Translations under genes and position numbers: made by a program
Shown here: positions 29,783 through 38,301 of the stretch, in pieces
Position numbering within the stretch: position 1 is the first letter of the stretch
How the letters are laid out: each line of letters begins with the position of its first letter
The notes under the pieces: model-generated
The model's input: only the letters and a program-made list of their open reading frames with translations
What the model was told of the DNA's origin: nothing
The model's database searches: none
DNA from: Candidatus Binatia bacterium
Lineage (GTDB): Bacteria > Desulfobacterota > Binatia > HRBIN30
DNA length: 64,000 bases
Direction of reading: 5' to 3'
Assembly: GCA_937925685.1 (NCBI GenBank)
Contig: CALAMI010000008.1
Location: 77,518-141,517, forward strand

Positions 29783-30735
29783 CAAGTGGATTCCGGGAGA
29801 TTACGAAGTACGAAGTCGATGACGTCGGCTTCGAGACGGGTGCCATGGAGGCGATTGTATTCCTGAATCCCAGTTGGGCTCGTGACGTTGACTTCGGTGA
29901 GGTAATCTCCGATCACATCGATGCCGACGAAATAGAGGCCGTCGGCCCGTAGGCGCGGCGCCAGGGTAGCGACAATCTCGTGGTCGCGGGCAGTGAGCTC
30001 GGTCGCCACAACCGCACCGCCGGCATGGATATTGCCACGATGGTCGTCTGGTCGGGGAACGCGGAGGATTGCACCAATCGGGCGACCGTCGAGGATGAGG
30101 ATCCGTTTGTCTCCCTGACGGACTTCCGGAAGGTAGCGCTGGGCCATGAGATAACGGCTGCCCTCTTGGGTGCTGATTTCGAGCAGCGCGTTCAGGTTGC
30201 GGTCGCTCGATGCTGCCAGGAAGACGCCGGAGCCGCCACAACAGTCGAGTGGTTTGAGGATGGCTGTTCCCCCCTGCTCGTGGATGAACTCTTTGATTCG
30301 TTGCATGTCGCAGGTAACGATGGTCGGAGGAATCAGTGTGGGGAAGTGCAAAATGTATAGCTTCTCGTTGGCCTCGCGCAGACCATGGGGGGCATTTATC
30401 ACAAAGCTTCGGCTGGGGTTCGTTAGGCTTAAGAGGTAGGTTGCGAAAAGGTAGCCTTGGTCGACAGGTGGGTCCTTGCGCATGAAGATGGCGTGGTAAA
30501 AGTCAAGCTGCTCTACCCGCTCCTCGAAGCGGTGGAACGGTTCGCCGTCGCGGCTCACCAGGGTCCGTCGCGCTTGCGCATAGGGTTGGGCTCCGCGGGC
30601 AAACAACTGCTCGATGGTGCAAGTGTAGACCTCGAAGCCGCGAGATTGGGCCTCTAGCATGAACACGAAAGTGGTATCACGGTCGGGTAGAATCCGCTCC
30701 AGGGGATCCATCACAAACAGGAAACGCCGGCTCAT
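29782..30735 (-). CDS. gshB: Glutathione synthetase (ATP-grasp)
   Basis: Full-length similarity to prokaryotic GshB (MSRRFLFVMDPLERI...ILKPLDCCGGSGVF...). Confidence 0.85.
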   Translation of the reverse strand: MSRRFLFVMDPLERILPDRDTTFVFMLEAQSRGFEVYTCTIEQLFARGAQPYAQARRTLVSRDGEPFHRFEERVEQLDFYHAIFMRKDPPVDQGYLFATYLLSLTNPSRSFVINAPHGLREANEKLYILHFPTLIPPTIVTCDMQRIKEFIHEQGGTAILKPLDCCGGSGVFLAASSDRNLNALLEISTQEGSRYLMAQRYLPEVRQGDKRILILDGRPIGAILRVPRPDDHRGNIHAGGAVVATELTARDHEIVATLAPRLRADGLYFVGIDVIGDYLTEVNVTSPTGIQEYNRLHGTRLEADVIDFVLRNLPEST

Positions 30736-30752
30736 GGAGCGATGGTACGCAG

Positions 30753-31529
30753 CTAAACTGGCTCGCGCAACTGCACCGTCGAACGGGCCCTGGCCGGTTG
30801 CAAATCACCCCAAAGAAACTGCAGCAAGGTCAGTGCTACCACTACTGCCGTTTCGGTCCGTAAAATCCTGGGGCCTAGGTTTAACCGCAGGAAACCAGCA
30901 GCCTCAAGAACGGCGATTTCCTCGTCGGTAAATCCCCCTTCAGGGCCAACAACGACGGTGACCCGGCACCAAGGGTGCTTGCTCCACGGAGGACTTTTTT
31001 GTTCACCGGCCGTGGGCTCATGAGGGTGTAACAACAAAGCCAACGTTGTTGGATCCACCGCCACGAGTGGCTCGATCGAGGGTAAACAGGTTAGCGTTGG
31101 GACGAAGCTCCGTTGGCACTGTTTTGCGGCTTCCGTCACGATCCGCTGCCAGCGCCGCAGCCGCGCCGCAGGGTCGTAGGGCCGCCCTCGCTGGGAACGG
31201 AAGACGACGATGCGAGTTACTCCTAATTCCGTGGCTTTTTCCAAGGCGTAGGCGACGCGCTCTTCTCGAACGAAGGGTAGGGCAAGGGTGGTTTCCAAGG
31301 GCGACTCGCCCCCATCCTTGCACGCATCGACGATCCTGACTTCGGCTCTCTCCTTACCAAGCCGTTCCACCGTGCCGAGATATGCCCTGCCTTTTCCGTC
31401 GATGATGCGAACGCGGTCGCCTTCGCGCAGCCGGCGCACGCGCAGGTGATGATATTCCTCGGCGTCAACGAACACCTTTGCGCCGATTTGGCCTGTTGGT
31501 GGGCGTGCCAGAAAGGTCGGTAAGCTCAT
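30753..31529 (-). CDS. rsmE: 16S rRNA (uracil1498-N3)-methyltransferase RsmE
   Basis: RsmE N-terminal PUA-like segment MSLPTFLARP...HHLRVRRL and a C-terminal SPOUT-type GPEGGFTDEE motif. Start trimmed to the MSLP Met, giving an ATGA overlap with prmA. Confidence 0.85.
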   Translation of the reverse strand: MSLPTFLARPPTGQIGAKVFVDAEEYHHLRVRRLREGDRVRIIDGKGRAYLGTVERLGKERAEVRIVDACKDGGESPLETTLALPFVREERVAYALEKATELGVTRIVVFRSQRGRPYDPAARLRRWQRIVTEAAKQCQRSFVPTLTCLPSIEPLVAVDPTTLALLLHPHEPTAGEQKSPPWSKHPWCRVTVVVGPEGGFTDEEIAVLEAAGFLRLNLGPRILRTETAVVVALTLLQFLWGDLQPARARSTVQLREPV

Positions 31530-32386
31530 TCGTTGGTTTTCCGAAACCACAATGCAACCCAGTTTTCGCGTTCCCAGCGTTGGCGTAGAAAGAGCCCCAA
31601 ACGCGCGTAAATGTTGCAAATACTGAGCTCGTCGGCAGCGATAAACCCTGCGCAAATGAAGCTCCCTAGCGGGTCCAGATGCGAACAAATTTGGGGCGCG
31701 AATTCTTGCAGAGCACTGGAGTACAAATTTGCCACGATGCAGTGGTACGCGCTACCGGCTGCTCCCCAGGTGTCTTGCACTTCGATCAGCTCGGCAACGC
31801 CGTTCCGAGCGGCATTCACCCGGGCAGTGGCGAGTGCGTCGCGATCGATATCGACCGCATACACGACGCGAGCGCCTAGTTTGGCTAAGGCAATGGCCAA
31901 GATTCCCGAGCCGGTGCCGAGATCCAGAGCCTTTTCGATAGGAGCCTCTGCTATCGCACGTTCGATGAGTTCGAGGCAACCAAGAGTGCTTGGGTGGTGG
32001 CCGGTGCCGAAGGCCATCCCAGGGTCAATGACGAGAGGAATTCGGCCCGCTGGAGTTTCTGTTACCCACGGGGGTTTAATCCAAAGTCGTTCGCCAGCAG
32101 CCAATGGTGTGAACCAATCTTTCCACGACTGCTCCCAGTTTTGCTCTCTGAGGTAGCGTACGGTGACACCATCGTTGCCGGGGCCAAGAGAGCGTAAATA
32201 TCGCTGGACTGCTTTCACAAGGTGTTGCCGGCCAACGGCGCCCTCGGGAAAATACGCTCGCAGGGTGACGCTGCGGCCAGCCTCCTCCATTTCGACTCCA
32301 CTAGAGCCCAGGTCGAAAAGGAAACACGAAAGGGGGTCCGCCAGATCGCAACTAATGCTTGCTTCAAGTTCGAGCCACCTTCGCAT
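31526..32386 (-). CDS. prmA: Ribosomal protein L11 methyltransferase PrmA
   Basis: SAM-MTase motif LDLGTGSGILAIALAKLGA and PrmA-like N- and C-terminal regions. Confidence 0.85.
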   Translation of the reverse strand: MRRWLELEASISCDLADPLSCFLFDLGSSGVEMEEAGRSVTLRAYFPEGAVGRQHLVKAVQRYLRSLGPGNDGVTVRYLREQNWEQSWKDWFTPLAAGERLWIKPPWVTETPAGRIPLVIDPGMAFGTGHHPSTLGCLELIERAIAEAPIEKALDLGTGSGILAIALAKLGARVVYAVDIDRDALATARVNAARNGVAELIEVQDTWGAAGSAYHCIVANLYSSALQEFAPQICSHLDPLGSFICAGFIAADELSICNIYARLGLFLRQRWERENWVALWFRKTNE

Positions 32387-32473
32387 GGAGCCTCAGTGCT
32401 TGTTGCAGAACTCTTTCAGCTGCTCAACCGTGTGGGTTGGCTTTGCAGGGTGGGAAGAGTAAACGGCTAGAGT

Positions 32474-33205
32474 ATGAAGTCGAAATGCCTTTGTATCGCC
32501 CATCGTGGTGCCTCCGGGCATGCGCCGGAGCACACCCGAGCGGCTTTCGAGCTCGCCCTGGAGCTGGGGGCGGAAATGATCGAGCTCGACGTGCAACTGA
32601 GTGCCGATGAAGCCCTGGTGGTGTTCCACGATGCTGAGGTGAGTCGGACGACGAATGGTTCCGGAAGGGTGCGGGAACTGTCGCTTACAGAATTGCGGTC
32701 GCTCGACGCAGGAAGTTGGTTTCATCCACGCTTTGCGGGAGAGAGAATTCTTACATTGGAAGAAGTACTGGAGCTGGTTGCCGGGCGAGCTGCGCTCAAC
32801 GTGGAAATCAAATCGCCTCGCGAGGACGGAAGGATCCTAATTCCGAAGCTCGTCGCAACGTTGGAGCATTTTGGTGCCACATCGACCACGGTGGTTTCGT
32901 CGTTCGATTGGTGGCTCCTCGGCGATGTACGGGCAGCAAGCGATCAAGTCCGATTGGGACTCTTGTGGAGCGATCCTTTGATCCCCTGGCCCTGGGATCG
33001 AGCCCTGAAGCTGCAGACGGCTCACTTGCACCCGCTGTGGGCAGTGGCCAGTCGCGATCGTGTCGAAGAAGCTCACGCCCATGGGATGTGGGTCAACGCC
33101 TGGACGGTCAATGACCTTCCCACAATGGCAGAACTTCTTCAAATGGGGGTGGACGGGATCATTACCGACTATCCCGATCGCTTGCTGCAACTCTTGCGGG
33201 GTTGA
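32474..33205 (+). CDS. Glycerophosphodiester phosphodiesterase (GDPD family)
   Basis: Catalytic HRG...E.D motif (IAHRGASGHAPEHT...EMIELDVQLSADEALVVFHD). Confidence 0.85.
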   Translation: MKSKCLCIAHRGASGHAPEHTRAAFELALELGAEMIELDVQLSADEALVVFHDAEVSRTTNGSGRVRELSLTELRSLDAGSWFHPRFAGERILTLEEVLELVAGRAALNVEIKSPREDGRILIPKLVATLEHFGATSTTVVSSFDWWLLGDVRAASDQVRLGLLWSDPLIPWPWDRALKLQTAHLHPLWAVASRDRVEEAHAHGMWVNAWTVNDLPTMAELLQMGVDGIITDYPDRLLQLLRG

Positions 33206-33288
33206 TTGTGAAAGGTTGCTTGACTACCGTGTGGCGCTCTGTATCGACTCGATGGAGAGCCTTGCAAATTTTCTCGGAGAGGGGGTGA

Positions 33289-33495
33289 GTGCATCTGGCC
33301 GGCGTGCGTGTAAAAGAAAATGAACCACTGGATAGCGCCATTCGCAGATTCAAAAAGCAGTGCGAGAAAGCAGGGATCTTGGCTGAGTTACGCAAGCGTG
33401 AGCATTACGAGAAGCCGAGTGTGCGGCGGAAAAAAAAGGAGTTGGCAGCCAAAAAACGCTACCTGCGCCGTATGGCGCGAGCCGCGGGCTTGTGA
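33289..33495 (+). CDS. rpsU: 30S ribosomal protein S21
   Basis: [40 protein letters not shown] matches S21. The exact start is uncertain by a few codons. Confidence 0.85.
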   Translation: MHLAGVRVKENEPLDSAIRRFKKQCEKAGILAELRKREHYEKPSVRRKKKELAAKKRYLRRMARAAGL

Positions 33496-33528
33496 GCCAG
33501 CTCGGTTTGTGAAAAGTGTCTAACCAAG

Positions 33529-34020
33529 ATGCCGCAGGTGAGTTGGGACGTTGCAGTCGTCGTGTTTCTCGGCTTGGCCACTTTGCGAGGCTTTTGGCGG
33601 GGTCTCTGCCGCGAGTTAGGTTCGCTTTTGGGTTGTTTGGCGGGGCTTGTTGCCGGTTGGAAAGGCGCCCCGCCTTTGGCCGAATGGCTAAGGGCGGGTA
33701 GTGGGAGCGGCCCTTCCGAGTTGGATACGGCGCTGATTTTTGTTGTGCTGTTCGTGGGTTTGTGGGCGGTGGGAGGCGTCGTTGGATGGGTGGCGGAGAA
33801 ACTGTTGCGGTCCAGCGGAGCAACATGGCTGAGCGGCGTTGGGGGACTGCTCGTCGGAGGCCTAAAGGGGGCGGCGATTGCCGGGGCGTGTTTGGTTTTT
33901 GTGCAGTTGTTCGTGCCGCAAACCACAGCCCAGTTGGAGCAAGCCGCATTGTCACGGTGGCTGGTTCGAACCACCACTGCGGCGGCAACGTGGTTGGTGC
34001 AGCGACCGATGGAGCCCTAA
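33529..34020 (+). CDS. CvpA-like (colicin V production) membrane protein
   Basis: Four hydrophobic helices at about 160 aa, in the position a CvpA-family gene often occupies near rpsU and dnaG. Confidence 0.5.
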   Translation: MPQVSWDVAVVVFLGLATLRGFWRGLCRELGSLLGCLAGLVAGWKGAPPLAEWLRAGSGSGPSELDTALIFVVLFVGLWAVGGVVGWVAEKLLRSSGATWLSGVGGLLVGGLKGAAIAGACLVFVQLFVPQTTAQLEQAALSRWLVRTTTAAATWLVQRPMEP

Positions 34021-34030
34021 GACACCTGTT

Positions 34031-35764
34031 ATGACAGGGTTTGTTCCGGGTGGCACTCTGGAGGAAATTCAGCGGCGCGTCTCCATAGTCGACTTAGTCT
34101 CTACCTACGTCCGTTTGAAGAAGCAGGGGCGAAACTACATTGGGCTCTGCCCCTTTCATGCCGAAAAAACTCCCTCGTTTTCCGTAAGTCCCGAGAAGGG
34201 GCTCTTTCATTGCTTCGGTTGCGGTGCAGGAGGCAACGTCTTTACGTTCCTCATGCGTGTGGAGGGGCTTGATTTTCGGTCCGCGGTGGAACGCCTTGCC
34301 GAGAAGGTGGGCGTGAGCCTAGCTAGTTCGAGCGAAGCTCCGCGACGGGACAGACGCAATCGAGCTTACGAACTGCATGGGATCGCAGCGGAATACTTCG
34401 TTGCCGCGCTTCGTGGCGCGGAAGGTGCGTTGGCACGGGCGTATCTCGAGCACCGGGGTATTTCTGCGGAGACGGCCGCATGCTTTGGCCTCGGCTTTTG
34501 CCCGGCGGGCTCGGGCTTGCAGCAAGCGCTCGCAAGCCACGGCGTTCCCGTGGCGGAGGCAACACGTTGGGGCCTGTTGGGTAAGCGCCAGGGAGGTGGA
34601 ACGTACGCGCGATTCGGTGGCCGACTGGTGTTCCCGATTCGGAATGCGAGCGGTCGGATCGTGGGGTTTGCGGGTCGCGCCCTGGGGCAGCAGTCACCAA
34701 AGTATGTGAACTCCCCAGAATCTGAAATCTTCCGGAAAGGAGAGCTGCTCTTCGGGCTTTTTGAAGCTCGGCATGCGATCCAAAGCACGCGTCGCGTATT
34801 GGTCGTGGAAGGCTATCTCGACGTTTTGGTTCTGGTCCAAGCGGGGATCCAGGAAGTCGTAGCTACCATGGGCACCGCGATCACGCAAACGCAACTCGAG
34901 ACCTTGCGGCGTGTGGCCGAGGAAGTGTTTGTCTGCTTTGATGGGGATGACGCAGGTCGGCGGGCTGCCGAGCGCGCCTTCGTGGTGGGCGCAAAGGTGG
35001 GGGTTTGGACGCGGGGCGTTTTTCTTCCGGCGGGAGAGGATCCGGATTCATTCGTGCGTGCCGCAGGGATCAGGGCGATGGAAAACGCAATGGAAAAAGC
35101 CGTGCCATTGGCGGATTTCTATTTTGAGCGTAAGGCGCCTCCTCCAGGGGCCTCGCTCCCATGGAAAGCGCGGGCTGCACGAGAAGTGGGTCAAGTGTTG
35201 GCCCAGGTCGGCGACCCGGTCATGGCACGCTTGTTGACGCAGCGCGCGGCAACGTTGCTCGGGGTGGAGGAACACCTCCTCCGCAGCGTGGCTGTGGCGC
35301 AGAATGCTCCTACCGCGGCCTCAAAACCCGAGTTGGAGGAAACCTGGGCACTGCCGGAAGAGAAGATGTTACTCGCGGCCATGGCGGTTAACCGCCAGGT
35401 AGCGCAACGCGTCGCCAGAGAGCTTGCCGACTCTCCTTTGGTTAGCAAGGACGTGGCCGAAGTCGCGCGACGGATCGGGGTGGCTTGGCAAGCAGCATCC
35501 GAACCTACAGCATTTATCGCGGAGCTGCCGGAGGAAGTGCAAGCGACGGTCAGTGCTTATGAACTTGGGAGAGGTCCTCTCGCCGGTGTAGATGTGCTGC
35601 AAGTTGCTGGGGATTGCCTGGCGAAGTTGCGCCGGCGCCAGGCTCGCACCCGTCTGGAGCAGTTGCGCAAGGAACTGCAAGCGGCAGGAAACGAAGGAGA
35701 CCAATCCAAAATCGCCGAGTTAGAGCGGCAAGTGCGAGAATTGCGGCAAATTCTTGGAACATGA
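34031..35764 (+). CDS. dnaG: DNA primase
   Basis: Zinc-binding CPFHAEKTPSFSV...FHCFGCGAGGN motif and the TOPRIM domain (EGYLDV...VCFDGDDAGRRAAERA). Start trimmed to MTGFVPGG. Confidence 0.9.
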   Translation: MTGFVPGGTLEEIQRRVSIVDLVSTYVRLKKQGRNYIGLCPFHAEKTPSFSVSPEKGLFHCFGCGAGGNVFTFLMRVEGLDFRSAVERLAEKVGVSLASSSEAPRRDRRNRAYELHGIAAEYFVAALRGAEGALARAYLEHRGISAETAACFGLGFCPAGSGLQQALASHGVPVAEATRWGLLGKRQGGGTYARFGGRLVFPIRNASGRIVGFAGRALGQQSPKYVNSPESEIFRKGELLFGLFEARHAIQSTRRVLVVEGYLDVLVLVQAGIQEVVATMGTAITQTQLETLRRVAEEVFVCFDGDDAGRRAAERAFVVGAKVGVWTRGVFLPAGEDPDSFVRAAGIRAMENAMEKAVPLADFYFERKAPPPGASLPWKARAAREVGQVLAQVGDPVMARLLTQRAATLLGVEEHLLRSVAVAQNAPTAASKPELEETWALPEEKMLLAAMAVNRQVAQRVARELADSPLVSKDVAEVARRIGVAWQAASEPTAFIAELPEEVQATVSAYELGRGPLAGVDVLQVAGDCLAKLRRRQARTRLEQLRKELQAAGNEGDQSKIAELERQVRELRQILGT

Positions 35765-35852
35765 CCGTGAGCGGTATCCGTGTCTCGTGCACAAGCTATT
35801 GCGTCAAGGCGACGTTGTTGCGAACTGTTTGTACACTGAATGGATGGCTGAA

Positions 35853-35926
35853 GGGCCCATAGCTCAGATGGTTAGAGCCGCCGGCTCATAACCGGTAGGT
35901 CCCAGGTTCGAGTCCTGGTGGGCCCA
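35853..35926 (+). tRNA. tRNA-Met (anticodon CAU); elongator type, or possibly tRNA-Ile2(LAU)
   Basis: Cloverleaf folded by eye. 7-bp acceptor stem GGGCCCA/TGGGCCC with a paired G1:C72. Anticodon stem CCGG/CCGG with loop CTCATAA. T-arm GGTTCGAGTCC. No encoded CCA. Confidence 0.85.
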
Positions 35927-35975
35927 TAAAAAAGGTGGTGCCAGTGAAAATGTCAAAGCGACAAAGGATAACACT

Positions 35976-36707
35976 ATGCCGGTGGAATCGGCTCTCGCGC
36001 AGTTAGCCGCTCTTCAAAACCTGGACCGGCAGTTGCGCGAGAAGGTGCAGCAGATCGAACACCTGCGCTCCCGACTGAACGAAGGGCGCGCCCGGATTGA
36101 AGCTGGGCGGCAGTTGGTATCCTCTTTGCGGGAGCAATTGCAAGCGCTCGACCTCAAGCGGCGCGACCTTGATCGACGGTTGACGGAAGAGGATGCGAAG
36201 ATGCGTGACCGCCGGATGCGTTTGCAACGTGTCCGCAACGAGCGAGAAGCGCAAGCCTTGCAGCGCGAAATCGACCTGGGGAGGCAGGCAAATCAACAAC
36301 TGGAATCGGAGATGCTGCAGGTTCTCGAGGCGCTGGAGGCATTGGAGGGGCAAGCCAAGGCGGCCGAAGACGATCAAAAGGCTTTGGAAAACAACTTCCA
36401 TGGGGAGAGCGCGCGGCTCGAGGAAGAACTCGAACGATTGGCGGGGGAAGTCGAGCAAATTCGCAGGGAACGGGATCGGCTGGCAGCATCTGTCGATGCT
36501 TACTTGTTGCGTCGTTACGAGCAGATCTTTGAGCGCCGCGAAGGCCTGGCCGTGGTGGAAATCCAAGAGGCGATTTGTGGCGGTTGTCACATGAATCTTT
36601 CTCCGCAGTTTTTTATCGAACTTCAGCGTGGCGACGACATTCGACTTTGCCCCAACTGCCACCGGATTTTGTACTTCCGTGGCGACCGGGGTGGTCGTGA
36701 GGCTTAG
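35976..36707 (+). CDS. Zinc-ribbon/coiled-coil protein (COG1579-like, C4-type zinc ribbon)
   Basis: Long coiled-coil region followed by CGGCHMNLS...CPNCHRILY. Confidence 0.75.
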   Translation: MPVESALAQLAALQNLDRQLREKVQQIEHLRSRLNEGRARIEAGRQLVSSLREQLQALDLKRRDLDRRLTEEDAKMRDRRMRLQRVRNEREAQALQREIDLGRQANQQLESEMLQVLEALEALEGQAKAAEDDQKALENNFHGESARLEEELERLAGEVEQIRRERDRLAASVDAYLLRRYEQIFERREGLAVVEIQEAICGGCHMNLSPQFFIELQRGDDIRLCPNCHRILYFRGDRGGREA

Positions 36708-36729
36708 CCGCGGCTATAAGCTAGCTTCG

Positions 36730-37085
36730 CGGAGAGGGCCGGGTGGCCGCTCGGGAATTGCTCCCGGGAGGAAAGTCCGGACTCCATAGGGCAAGGTGGC
36801 CGCTAACGGCGGCCTCGAGCGATCGAGGGAAAGTGCCACAGAAAAGAGACGGCTGGCAAGCTGAGCTTGTCAGAGACGGTGAAAACGGTGTGAAAACACA
36901 CCAGCATTCGTGGCGACACGAGTGCTCGGCAAACCCCACCTGGAGCAAGACCAAAGTGAGGGCGCGCGGCCCGCGCCAACCCTCCGGTACGTCGCACGAG
37001 GCGGTTGGCAACAACCGTCCCAGAGGAATGGCCGCCACCCAGCCTAAACAGGCGGGAACAGAATCCGGCTTATAGGCCCTCTCCG
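36730..37085 (+). ncRNA. rnpB: RNase P RNA, bacterial type A
   Basis: P1 helix cggagagggcc...ggccctctccg. Universally conserved P4 strand GGGAGGAAAGTCCGGACTCCATAGGGCA near the 5' end and ACAGAATCCGGCTTAT near the 3' end. Total length is about 356 nt. Confidence 0.8.
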
Positions 37086-37416
37086 TCTTCTTTCGAACGC
37101 AGCTCCACTCGTCGGGGTGGTGACGATTTAGCCAATCTCCCATCGTGCGAGCGGTGACACGATCGAGCGAGCGGACTACGAAGGGCTTGCCGCAGCACGA
37201 CGCGGAAGCAAGCGGTACGGACTCTGACGCTTGCTGAGCTAATGACGTGCGTGCGTGAGCCGGGTAACCCGCCCAAGGTGGTGGATCCGATCCCTTTACA
37301 CCTCCATCGTGGGAACACGGCCGATCGCTGTGGTGCTGACTGTCTCGTGGTCAGTATTGACCAGAAGGGCAGTTCAAGCTGCTCGCGGCAGCTCATTGTT
37401 GACTTCGCCTGCCGAG

Positions 37417-37460
37417 GTGGGGTAAGAGGGAGCAAAGTGGCGCCAAGTGGGACGAAGTGG
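37417..37460 (+). promoter_or_regulatory. Candidate MraZ operator: direct GTGG(G) repeats at a 10-bp period immediately upstream of mraZ
   Basis: GTGG at 37417, 37437, 37447 and 37457 (aaGTGGc / caaGTGGg / gaaGTGGt). E. coli MraZ binds direct TGGGN repeats at 10-bp spacing upstream of mraZ. Confidence 0.4.
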
Positions 37461-37486
37461 TAAGCCAGGCGGTTGTAGGATCCAGC

Positions 37487-37936
37487 ATGTTCCGAGGGAC
37501 TTTTCAACACACCATTGACGACAAGGGTCGCGTTTCTGTGCCAGCCCGCTTTCGTGCATTTCTTCAAGCCGTCAACGACGAACGAGTGGTGATCACCAAC
37601 TTCCGGGTTGAAGGTTACCCTTGCCTGGATGTCTATCCTTACGCTTCGTGGGTGCGACTGGAGGAAAAGCTTCAGCAAAAGCCGCAATTTGACCCCGGGG
37701 TTCTGCGATTCGTAACTTACTACGTTGCAAGCGCCCACGACTGCGAGCTGGACAAGCAGGGCAGAATTTTACTTCCGCCCACCCTTAGGGAATACGCGAG
37801 ACTCACGCGCGAGGTCGTTTTCGCCTCCGCAATCGACAAATTTCGCATTTGGGACCTTGAGAATTGGCAGAAGGTGCATTCGGCCGCGAGTGAGGTCACG
37901 AGTCAACCCGAATTGTTATCGCAACTGGGTGTCTAG
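37487..37936 (+). CDS. mraZ: Transcriptional regulator MraZ
   Basis: Two MraZ repeats (MFRGTFQHTIDDKGRVSVPARFR and ...ELDKQGRILLPPTLREYA). Confidence 0.9.
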   Translation: MFRGTFQHTIDDKGRVSVPARFRAFLQAVNDERVVITNFRVEGYPCLDVYPYASWVRLEEKLQQKPQFDPGVLRFVTYYVASAHDCELDKQGRILLPPTLREYARLTREVVFASAIDKFRIWDLENWQKVHSAASEVTSQPELLSQLGV

Positions 37937-37938
37937 CC

Positions 37939-38301
37939 GTGCACGACACTGTCTTTCGACTCAGTCGAACGCTGCCATCCAACGTGGTCAGGTCAACGCG
38001 TCCGCGCAATATGGCTTTAGCCAATGTGCAGGAGCGGCAGCTAGTTCTACGGGCGCTCGTCGTCACGGTGATCGTGTCTGCGGTCATTGCGGCTGCGAAT
38101 GTTTCGGTGCGGCTTCGGGTCGCCGAACTCGCGTACAGACTAGCAGCAACGGAGGAAGCCATCCAGCGTCTCCAGTTGGAGCGTCGCGAATTGCTGGCGC
38201 AGGTCGCCCTGGTAGACGAACCGCAACGACTACTGCATCTAGCGCAAATGAGGCTTCAGCTGCTTCCGCCAGCAGCCAATCGGAGGATCGTACTGCCGTG
38301 A
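37939..38301 (+). CDS. ftsL: Cell division protein FtsL-like (single TM + coiled coil)
   Basis: 120 aa with one TM helix (LVVTVIVSAVIAAANV) followed by a coiled coil. It lies between mraZ and ftsI. No rsmH/mraW gene intervenes. Confidence 0.6.
   Translation: MHDTVFRLSRTLPSNVVRSTRPRNMALANVQERQLVLRALVVTVIVSAVIAAANVSVRLRVAELAYRLAATEEAIQRLQLERRELLAQVALVDEPQRLLHLAQMRLQLLPPAANRRIVLP

Noticed and set aside
31018..31339. Overlapping ORFs inside rsmE/prmA (e.g. 31018..31323 -, 31046..31339 +) and the 53-codon N-terminal extension of rsmE
   Set aside because: RsmE similarity starts at MSLPTFLARP. The extension would overlap prmA by 160 nt, while the trimmed start gives a canonical 4-nt ATGA overlap. 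The internal ORFs are Arg/Ala-rich frame artefacts.
37725..38297. N-terminal 190-codon extension of the 841-aa ORF containing ftsI, which would overlap mraZ and ftsL in another frame
   Set aside because: The open frame is a GC-rich artefact. Its translation is Arg/Ala/Ser-rich with no motifs. FtsI similarity begins at the GTG at 38298 (MKYFLRLTEF...), which overlaps the ftsL stop in the usual GTGA manner.
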